From Flavobacteriales bacterium (GTDB taxonomy: Bacteria; Bacteroidota; Bacteroidia; Flavobacteriales_F; PHOS-HE28), in the NCBI GenBank assembly GCA_034002325.1, contig JAVFAQ010000002.1, positions 1 to 32,619 on the forward strand: 32,619 bases of DNA, written 5' to 3'. Position numbers and translations under genes: made by a program. Positions 1-7,057 of this stretch are shown here, in pieces. The notes below the pieces were generated by a model, which was given only the letters and a program-made list of their open reading frames with translations, was not told the DNA's origin and did no database searches. The number at the start of each line of letters is the position of its first letter. The first letter of the stretch is position 1.

Positions 1-464
1 CCAACCAGAACCCCGCCTTCATCGAGGTGGACCGGGCCAAGGCCCTGGACTGGCTCCAGAAGGGCGCCCAGCCCAGCGAGACCTGCCGGGCGATCCTCAG
101 CTACACGGGGGTGCTGTACAAGAACCCCCTGGCCACCGGGGTGAAGACGGGCGCGTTCTCCCAGGAGGAGGCCGACCGCCGCTTCGACATCTGGCTGAAC
201 GAGAAGGCCACCAAGATCGAGGGCAAGAAGAGCCGCCTGGCCGGTGAGAAGGACACCGCCGAGAAGGCCCGCTTGGAGGCCGAGAACAAGAAGGCCGCCG
301 ATATGGCCGCCGCCATCAGCGCCAAACTGGCCGCCGCCAGCGCGCCGCCGCCCACCGAGGAGGCCCCTGCCGAGGAGGCCGCCACCGCCGAAGCGCCTGC
401 CGCCGAGGCGCCTGCCGCCGAGGCCGACGGCGACGCCGCTGCACCCGAGGCCACTGCCGAATAA
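1..464 (+). CDS. rpsP: 30S ribosomal protein bS16, 5'-truncated by the window edge, with a long Ala/Pro/Glu-rich C-terminal tail
   Basis: Frame 3 is open from position 3 and reads NQNPAFIEVDRAKALDWLQKGAQPSETCRAILSYTGVLYK, the conserved C-terminal half of S16. Stop TAA at 462-464. A hairpin terminator follows directly. Confidence 0.85.
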   Translation, partial: NQNPAFIEVDRAKALDWLQKGAQPSETCRAILSYTGVLYKNPLATGVKTGAFSQEEADRRFDIWLNEKATKIEGKKSRLAGEKDTAEKARLEAENKKAADMAAAISAKLAAASAPPPTEEAPAEEAATAEAPAAEAPAAEADGDAAAPEATAE

Positions 465-481
465 CGCGACCTGTCACCGCA

Positions 482-517
482 CGGCCCGCGCCCCGCAAAG
501 GCGCGGGCCGTTCTTTT
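482..517 (+). terminator. Rho-independent terminator after rpsP
   Basis: Perfect 11-bp GC-rich stem CGGCCCGCGCC (482-492) / GGCGCGGGCCG (500-510), 7-nt loop CCGCAAA, then TTCTTTT (511-517). Confidence 0.75.
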
Positions 518-588
518 CAGTGCCCGGCAGGCGGTCCATCACGCCCGCCTGCGGTCATCCGGCCCGCACACGCCGTCCACGGGCATGG

Positions 589-596
589 TACCTTTG
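589..596 (+). promoter_or_regulatory. Candidate Bacteroidota -7 promoter box (TACCTTTG) upstream of the MbnP-like gene
   Basis: Exact match to TAnnTTTG, 46 nt upstream of ATG 643. It lies after the rpsP terminator. No clear -33 TTG was seen. Confidence 0.4.
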
Positions 597-642
597 TGAT
601 CGCGCGGAGCCGGCGCCCCAAGCCGGCACCGCAGCCCGCCCC

Positions 643-1374
643 ATGAAGAACCTGTTGCCCGTGCTCGCCGCCTTGTTGCTCACCGCCTGCCACAAAGCAC
701 CGCCCACGGGCGATGCCACCCTGCGCATCACGCTGGTGCCCGAGTGGGACGGGGCGCCCTTCCAGTCGCATACGGAATACAGCAACTTCATGGGCTACCG
801 CACGTCGGTGGAACTGCTCACGATGTACTTCAGTGATGCCACGCTGAGCGGCGACGGCAGCCCGGTGATGGCCAAGGACGTGGAGCTCTTCCGCCTCACC
901 GATGGGCCGGCCACCGCGCACTGGCCCGTGCAGAGCGGCACGTGGACCACGTTGGAGGCCGGGCTGGGCGTGCCGGACGCGCTGAACTTCGCCGATCCGG
1001 CCAACTACCCCGCCGGGCACCCGCTGAGCGTGAACCAGGGCACTTATTGGACCTGGGCCACGGGCTACCGCTTCGTGATGTTCGAGGGGCGGTACGACAC
1101 CGACCCCGCCGGCACCGGCCCGCTGATCACCACCTACGCGATCCATCCGGGCACGGCATCGAACTACATGCCCTTCGCGATCGAGCTGCCGGGCGGCCTG
1201 CACATCGCCCCGGGCGACACGGCGGACGTGGTGCTGCACGTGGCGGTGGACCGGTTCTTCGTGTCCGACACGGACACCATCGACCTGGCCACCGAGAACA
1301 CCGCCCACGGCAACAACCACCCGTTGCAGATGAAGCTGATGCGCAACGTGGTGAAGAGCTTCACCGTGCAGTGA
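643..1374 (+). CDS. MbnP-family-like lipoprotein (putative partner/substrate of the adjacent di-haem peroxidases)
   Basis: Signal peptide with lipobox MKNLLPVLAALLLTAC. The central motif GTYWTWATGYRFVMFEGRY resembles the W-x-W-x-x-GY-x-F-x-x-EG signature I associate with Bacteroidota proteins annotated as MbnP family. The stop overlaps the next ATG (TGATG). The ORF track's upstream extension (244-642) is a Pro/Arg-rich out-of-frame overlap of rpsP and is not credible. Confidence 0.65.
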   Translation: MKNLLPVLAALLLTACHKAPPTGDATLRITLVPEWDGAPFQSHTEYSNFMGYRTSVELLTMYFSDATLSGDGSPVMAKDVELFRLTDGPATAHWPVQSGTWTTLEAGLGVPDALNFADPANYPAGHPLSVNQGTYWTWATGYRFVMFEGRYDTDPAGTGPLITTYAIHPGTASNYMPFAIELPGGLHIAPGDTADVVLHVAVDRFFVSDTDTIDLATENTAHGNNHPLQMKLMRNVVKSFTVQ

Positions 1375-2399
1375 TGGGCCGGGGCCTACGGTGGGCGGTG
1401 ATGCTGGGCGCGCTGGCCGGCGTGCTCACCGCCTGCCAGCGGGACCCCGCCCTGCCCATGGCCCATGGGGACAACCCCTTCGCCCTGCGGCTGCCGCCCG
1501 GCTTCCCGTACCCCCCGACGCCCGATGACAACCCGCTCACCGAGGCCTCCGTGCGGCTGGGCAAGGCCCTGTTCTTCGAGAAGCGCCTCTCGCGCGACGG
1601 CACGTTGAGCTGCGCCGGCTGCCACCATCCGGGCCGTGCCTTCAGCGACACCCTGCCGTTGAGCGTGGGGGTGGACGGCGGCACGGGCATGCGCAACGCC
1701 CCGCCGCTGATCAACCTGGCGTACCACCCGGCCTTCTTCCGCGACGGCGGCGTGCCCACCCTGGAGCAGCAGGCGATCGCCCCGATACACGACCCGGTGG
1801 AGATGGACCACGACATCCATGCGGCCGCGGCCCTGCTGAAGGACGAGCCGCCCTACCACGGGCTGAGCCTGCTGGCCTACGGCCGCGAGATGGACGCCTT
1901 CGTGCTCACCCGCGCCCTGGCCGCCTACCAGCGCACCTTGATCAGCGGCTGGTCGCGTTGGGACCGCTGGACGCAGGGCGATGCCGGGGCGTTGACCGAG
2001 GCGGAGGTGAACGGCTGGGCGCTGTTCAGCAGCCCGGAGCTGGGCTGCACCGGCTGCCACCACGGCATCGACCTGAGCGACCACGCCTACCATAACGTGG
2101 GGCAATACCTGGACTACGGTGAGGACCCCGGGCGCGAGCGGGTCACCGCCGACCCGGGCGACGTGGGCCGGTTCAAGACCCCCACCCTGCGCAACATCGC
2201 GCTCACCGCACCGTACATGCACGACGGGAGCATGGCCACCCTGGAGGAGGTGGTCGCCCACTTCGCATCGGGCGGGCTGCCGCACCCGAACCGCGACCCG
2301 GCCATCACCGGTTTTAACTTGGACCCCGCCCAGCAGGCCGACCTGATCGCATTCCTGCACGCGCTCACGGACGAACGGCCCATCGACCAGGTACCATGA
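1374..2399 (+). CDS. Di-haem cytochrome c peroxidase family lipoprotein (MauG/MbnH-like), paralogue 1
   Basis: Two CxxCH haem c motifs (CAGCHH, CTGCHH), plus FKTPTLRN and APYMHDG motifs of the bacterial CCP/MauG family. Lipobox GVLTAC. The ATG overlaps the upstream stop at 1372-1376. Confidence 0.9.
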   Translation: MGRGLRWAVMLGALAGVLTACQRDPALPMAHGDNPFALRLPPGFPYPPTPDDNPLTEASVRLGKALFFEKRLSRDGTLSCAGCHHPGRAFSDTLPLSVGVDGGTGMRNAPPLINLAYHPAFFRDGGVPTLEQQAIAPIHDPVEMDHDIHAAAALLKDEPPYHGLSLLAYGREMDAFVLTRALAAYQRTLISGWSRWDRWTQGDAGALTEAEVNGWALFSSPELGCTGCHHGIDLSDHAYHNVGQYLDYGEDPGRERVTADPGDVGRFKTPTLRNIALTAPYMHDGSMATLEEVVAHFASGGLPHPNRDPAITGFNLDPAQQADLIAFLHALTDERPIDQVP

Positions 2400-3523
2400 A
2401 GCTGCGCCCCCCCGCCCTTGTACTGCTGCTGCTGGCCGGCCTGATCGTGCTCAAGGCCTGCCGCAAGGAAGGCCCCGATGCACCGGGCGGGCCGGGCGGG
2501 CCGGGCACCACGCCGTTCGACCCCGTGCCGTACGTGCTGGAGTACCCGGCCTATTTCCCGGAGATGCCCATTCCGCCGGACAACCCGATGACCGAGCAGG
2601 GGGTGCAACTGGGCCGCCATCTGTTCTATGAGGAGCGCCTCTCCGGCGACCACACCATGAGCTGCGCCAGCTGCCACATGCAGGGCTTCAGCTTCAGCGA
2701 CCCCGCCCGGTTCAGCACGGGCATCATGGGCCAGCAGGGCACGCGCAACAGCATGGCCCTGATCAACCTGGGGTGGGAGGAGCGCTTCTTCTGGGACGGC
2801 CGGGCCATGAGCCTGGAGGAGCAGATCTTCTTCCCCGTGCGCGACCCGGTGGAAATGCACCAGACCTGGCCCGCCGCCGTGGCCGCGCTACAGGCCGACA
2901 GCGGGTACCGGGCCCTGTTCGCCGCGGCCTTCGGCACCACCACGATCGACTCGGTCCTGGTGTCCAAGGCCATCGCCCAGTTCGTGCGCACCATGATCAG
3001 CGCGAACTCCAAGTTCGACAAGTACAAGCGCAACGAGGTGTTCCTCACCATCGAGGAGCAGATGGGCCTGGACCTCACCCGCATGGAGGGCGGCGACCCC
3101 GCGCAGGGCGGCCAGTGGGGCGCGGACTGCTTCCATTGCCACCCCGACGGCGGCGGCCGCTTCACCGACGGGCTGATCCGCAACAACGGGCTGGACCCCG
3201 CATCGGCGTGGACGGACCTGGGCCTGGGCGGCATCACGGGCCTGCCGCAGGACTTCGCCAAGTTCAAGACCCCCACCCTGCGCAACGTGGCCGTGACCGG
3301 CCCCTACATGCACGATGGCCGCTTCGAGACGCTGGAAGAGGTGATCGACCACTATGACAGCGGCGGGCACCCATCGCCCACGATCGACCCGAACATGAAG
3401 TTCACCCAGGGCGGCCTGTCGTTGACACCGGAGAAGAAGGCGCAGTTGATCGCCTTCCTGCACACGCTCACCGACCATGACTTCTTCACGGACGAGCGCT
3501 TCTCGGACCCCGGCCCGCCGTGA
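2396..3523 (+). CDS. Di-haem cytochrome c peroxidase family lipoprotein (MauG/MbnH-like), paralogue 2
   Basis: Haem motifs CASCH and CFHCH, plus FFWDGRA, FKTPTLRN and GPYMHDG. Lipobox-like IVLKAC followed by a Gly/Pro linker. ATGA overlap with the upstream stop (2396-2399). Confidence 0.9.
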   Translation: MKLRPPALVLLLLAGLIVLKACRKEGPDAPGGPGGPGTTPFDPVPYVLEYPAYFPEMPIPPDNPMTEQGVQLGRHLFYEERLSGDHTMSCASCHMQGFSFSDPARFSTGIMGQQGTRNSMALINLGWEERFFWDGRAMSLEEQIFFPVRDPVEMHQTWPAAVAALQADSGYRALFAAAFGTTTIDSVLVSKAIAQFVRTMISANSKFDKYKRNEVFLTIEEQMGLDLTRMEGGDPAQGGQWGADCFHCHPDGGGRFTDGLIRNNGLDPASAWTDLGLGGITGLPQDFAKFKTPTLRNVAVTGPYMHDGRFETLEEVIDHYDSGGHPSPTIDPNMKFTQGGLSLTPEKKAQLIAFLHTLTDHDFFTDERFSDPGPP

Positions 3524-3528
3524 CCGCG

Positions 3529-5028
3529 CTATGCCGCCGCGCGGTCGCCCATGCCGGGCCGCCAGGTGGCGCAGCGCATGCGGTCGCCGAACACCTCGGG
3601 CTTGAAGATGGAGGTGCCCATGAGCATGCGGGCGCATTCCTGCACGCCCTCGGTGATGCTCGGGTGCGGGTGCACCAGGCAGGCGAGCTCGCGTACGGGC
3701 GTGCCCAGCCGCATCATCAGGGCCACGGCCTGAATGGCGCTGGAGGCGTGCTCGCCCACGGCGCGCATGCCCAGCACGCGCATCGCGTCGTCGTCGGTGA
3801 CGATCAGTTTGAAGAAGCCCTTGGTGCGGCGCATGGCGATGGCGCGGGCCAGGCAGGAATAGTCGATGCGGGCCACACGATGGGCGATGCCCTTTTCGCG
3901 GCAGCCCTGCTCGTTGAGGCCCACGCTGGCCACTTCGGGGTCGAGGAACATGATGGTGCTGGCGTTGTCCGTGCGCAGGGGCTGGTCATCGCCGCCCCAG
4001 AAGGAGGAGACCACGTGCCGGGCCTGCACCTCGCCGAGGTTCACCAGCATGTTGCTGCCGGTGGCATCGCCCACCACGTGGATGTGGGGGGCGCTGGTGG
4101 CGGTGCCCGCGAGCACGGGCATGCCGCCATCGGGACCGATCCGCACGCCCGTCGCGCGCCAGTCCAGGCGGGCAAGCGCGGGCGCCCGGCCCACCGATAG
4201 CAGGGCCTTCTCCACGGTGATGCGCTCACGGCGGCCGCTGGCGTGGACCAGATGGTACTCCACCATGCCGTTCACCGTGCCCAGCCCGTCGAGGCGCGCG
4301 CTGTGATGCACCACCACGCCCTTGCGTTCCAGATTGCGGGCCACCAGCTCGGAAACGTCCTCGTCCTCGAAGGGCAGGATGCGCGGTGCCCGATCGATCA
4401 AGTGCACACGGGTGCCGCCGAGGTTGGCGAAGATGCTGGCGAACTCGCAGCCGATCACGCCGGCGCCCACGATCACGATGCTGCGCGGCTGCGCGTCAAG
4501 GCCGAAGATCCCGTCGCTGGTGAGGATGGACCGCTCGTCCACCGCGATGCCCGGCAAGGTGCGGGGCGTGCTGCCGGTGGCCACGATGATGCGGTCGGCG
4601 TGGAGCTGCACGGTGGCATCGCCGCGGCCCACCGCCACGGTGTGCGGGCCGGTGAACCGGGCGGTGCCGCGCTGGTGGCGGAACAGGCCGGGCCGCTCGG
4701 CGCCCCGTGCCGCCAGCAGTTGCATGTGGCAGGCGAAGAGATATTTGCGCTCGAAGGCCGCCTCGTGCATGGTGCGCATCACCTCGTCCCAGCCCAGGTG
4801 GAAGGGCTCGCGCCCACGATCGCGCATCAGTTCGTTGGCGGTGCTGACCCGCTGGGCGACCTCCCACAAGGTCTTGCTCATCAGCGCACCCTGGTAGATG
4901 CCCGTACCGCCGATCGGCCCGCGCTCCACCAATACGGTGCGCTTGCCGTGGTCCAGGGCCCGCATGGCGGCGGCATAGCCGGCGGGGCCGCCGCCGATCA
5001 CACAAAGGTCGAAGTTCTCCATGGACAT
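3529..5028 (-). CDS. FAD/NAD(P)-dependent oxidoreductase of the lipoamide dehydrogenase / SthA fold, lacking the redox-active disulfide
   Basis: FAD Rossmann motif CVIGGGPAGY, second Rossmann motif IVIVGAGVIGCEF, and C-terminal HPHPSITEG (His-Glu dyad region). The site aligning with GGTCLNVGCIPSKAL reads GGTGIYQGALMSKTL. An alternative ATG lies at 5022. Confidence 0.85.
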   Translation of the reverse strand: MSMENFDLCVIGGGPAGYAAAMRALDHGKRTVLVERGPIGGTGIYQGALMSKTLWEVAQRVSTANELMRDRGREPFHLGWDEVMRTMHEAAFERKYLFACHMQLLAARGAERPGLFRHQRGTARFTGPHTVAVGRGDATVQLHADRIIVATGSTPRTLPGIAVDERSILTSDGIFGLDAQPRSIVIVGAGVIGCEFASIFANLGGTRVHLIDRAPRILPFEDEDVSELVARNLERKGVVVHHSARLDGLGTVNGMVEYHLVHASGRRERITVEKALLSVGRAPALARLDWRATGVRIGPDGGMPVLAGTATSAPHIHVVGDATGSNMLVNLGEVQARHVVSSFWGGDDQPLRTDNASTIMFLDPEVASVGLNEQGCREKGIAHRVARIDYSCLARAIAMRRTKGFFKLIVTDDDAMRVLGMRAVGEHASSAIQAVALMMRLGTPVRELACLVHPHPSITEGVQECARMLMGTSIFKPEVFGDRMRCATWRPGMGDRAAA

Positions 5029-5322
5029 GGTCGGGTCACCGGACGTGTTGTCGATCCAGCGGATAGCTCATACGATATCGGCATGGCAGGGTTCAGGCCG
5101 GTGGCTTCCCGTGCGATGTGTTCCAAGGCCCGGCCACGTCCTTGGCCCAGGCCGCCCGCCGCCAGCCTGAATGGCCGATGATCACGGGGACCTGTCAATG
5201 AACCTTGAGATCCCTATATTCACACTCCTCTGCGATCAACCTCACACACCACGGACCCTTCATACCATGTTCTACCGCCCCCTTATCCTATTCGGTGTTA
5301 AGCAGTCCGGCCCCGCGTCGAG

Positions 5323-6852
5323 ATGAGAGCTTGGTTTACAGGTCTCTTGTTCGGATGGGCCGTTTTGGCTGCGGGCCAGCCCACATGGGAGTTCATCATG
5401 CCGGTCGGGGGACGGAACGCATGGGCGCGGGACATCATCGAATTGGATGACCGGTATGTGGTGACCAGCACGGCGTTGGATGATACCAGCGGTACGCTGC
5501 ACGTGCATGTCCTTTCAGTGAACGGCGAGCATTTGGCCACACATGAGCTAACGGCCCCGGGGGACGACGCCGATGTTTGCTGCCTGACCGCCGGATCGGA
5601 CGGTATCCTTGTGTGGGGTTCCGTGGGGTTATTCGGCTCGTCCCCTGCCTTTCTCCGGTTCCATTTGGACGATTCCTTGGCTCCGATCGGGATATCCAAC
5701 TACCCGGTGGACCTTGAACTGGCCTTTTTCCGGGCCGATAACGTGGTAACCTACCCGGACGGGGGTGTACTCCTCTTTGGCTATGGCAGGGAAGTGCCTC
5801 AGTTCCCGCACCTTTGGAGCGCTGCTTTCGTCAAGCTCAACGAAGAGGCGGCACCTGTGGCCTTCCGGATATTCACGTCCGGCCCGGACCAGCTTATGAC
5901 AGCACAGCACGGGGTATACCTCGGTGCCGAAGGGAACACCTTGACCGCGTTCATGGGCCATGTTTCCGAAACCGAAATCAATGGCCGTACGGAATTCCTG
6001 CGTTTGGACGATGCCCTGAACGTGATATCGGGCTTCCCTGGCCCCAACATCCAAAACGGATGGAGCTTGGTCCACCCGGATAGCGTGATCGGGGACCAAC
6101 CGTATGTCCATGCCCTTTCGTCCGGCAATTTTGTGATCTCGGGTAGTGTGGGCACTATCCAGTCCCGATGGAATGCGGTGATCAAGACGGACTCGGGCGG
6201 GTCACTCCTGGCCACCTATCTACCGCCGAACACGGCCGCCCTCAACACCACGCCCCGGTTACAGGCCATGGCTGCGGCCGGCATGGAGCAATTGCATTTT
6301 TGCCAAGTGGAAGGTCTCCAGTTGGGGATGTCATCGTCCGGAGACATTTCCCTCTTCATGCCGACCGAACCCTCGCGTGTGCGCGTCATCAAGTTGGACA
6401 CCGCTTTGAACGTCATGTGCGCGCATGTGATCGATGGTCATTTGGACGGCCGCTATTACCTGCCCACCCGGATACGGTCCACGAACGATGGTGGCCACGT
6501 CATCATCGGGGCGAGCATGGAGCCGGGCACCTTGGAAAGCAGTGCCATCTGGGTGGCCAAATTCCCGGCGGAGGCTTGTGCCACGCATGTACCCGAACGT
6601 GTTGCGGTGCAAGACCATCGGGTCCATCCCAATCCAGGGAACACATCGTTCGTCCTCCACCTTTCCGGTGTCGTGCAGCCGGGCGGCCGGTTGTTCCTCC
6701 ATGGCCCCGATGGACACCGGGTGCGGGCCGTCGGGGTGCAGGGGAACCGGGCGGTAGTGGAGGTCGGCGACCTGGCCAGTGGTATCTATTTCTACCGCAT
6801 TGAGCGAGCGGACGGCTCCCCATGGGCGTCGGGCAGGTGGGTGAAGGAATGA
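5323..6852 (+). CDS. Secreted protein of unknown function with T9SS type A C-terminal sorting domain (possible beta-propeller)
   Basis: Signal peptide MRAWFTGLLFGWAVLAAGQ. The last ~75 aa (VHPNPGNTSFVLHL...LASGIYFYRIERADG...) fit the Por/T9SS type A CTD pattern. Recurrent DGG-hhh-G strands about every 50-60 aa. GC is about 52-60 % in the lines I counted by hand. Confidence 0.8.
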   Translation: MRAWFTGLLFGWAVLAAGQPTWEFIMPVGGRNAWARDIIELDDRYVVTSTALDDTSGTLHVHVLSVNGEHLATHELTAPGDDADVCCLTAGSDGILVWGSVGLFGSSPAFLRFHLDDSLAPIGISNYPVDLELAFFRADNVVTYPDGGVLLFGYGREVPQFPHLWSAAFVKLNEEAAPVAFRIFTSGPDQLMTAQHGVYLGAEGNTLTAFMGHVSETEINGRTEFLRLDDALNVISGFPGPNIQNGWSLVHPDSVIGDQPYVHALSSGNFVISGSVGTIQSRWNAVIKTDSGGSLLATYLPPNTAALNTTPRLQAMAAAGMEQLHFCQVEGLQLGMSSSGDISLFMPTEPSRVRVIKLDTALNVMCAHVIDGHLDGRYYLPTRIRSTNDGGHVIIGASMEPGTLESSAIWVAKFPAEACATHVPERVAVQDHRVHPNPGNTSFVLHLSGVVQPGGRLFLHGPDGHRVRAVGVQGNRAVVEVGDLASGIYFYRIERADGSPWASGRWVKE

Positions 6853-7057
6853 GGGTCAGGGACCGGTCCAACGGAGACTTTTGACCATTGGCGGATCGGT
6901 CCCATCCTGCTGCTGCGCATATCGGTTCGACGAGCATCCGCTAGGCCGGCGGCAACACATGGTCCCGCCCCATGGACCTGCCGATCGGGCCGATGGGCCG
7001 GGGCACCGGGGAGCCGCCCCGGTATCCTTTGGAAGGCCGCTTCCGTAGCAACGCACG

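Noticed and set aside
527-552. A second inverted repeat after the rpsP terminator: GCAGGCGG (527-534) / CCGCCTGC (545-552), with a 10-nt loop.
   Set aside because: It has no U tract, a short stem and a long loop. It could be a minor structure or a chance GC-rich palindrome. I cannot assign a function.
244-642. Upstream extension of the MbnP-like ORF (ORF track 244-1374).
   Set aside because: The extension translates to a Pro/Arg-rich string, overlaps rpsP out of frame and runs through the rpsP terminator. A proper signal peptide and lipobox begin at ATG 643.
6859-6868. The palindrome GGACCGGTCC just after the stop of the T9SS type A cargo gene, considered as a terminator.
   Set aside because: It is a 10-nt perfect palindrome with no loop and no downstream T run, so it cannot form a stable terminator hairpin.
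7031-7040. The sequence TATCCTTTGG upstream of the PKD gene, considered as a -7 box.
   Set aside because: It reads TA-nnn-TTTG, one nucleotide too long for the TAnnTTTG consensus. It is a possible promoter but not supportable from sequence alone.
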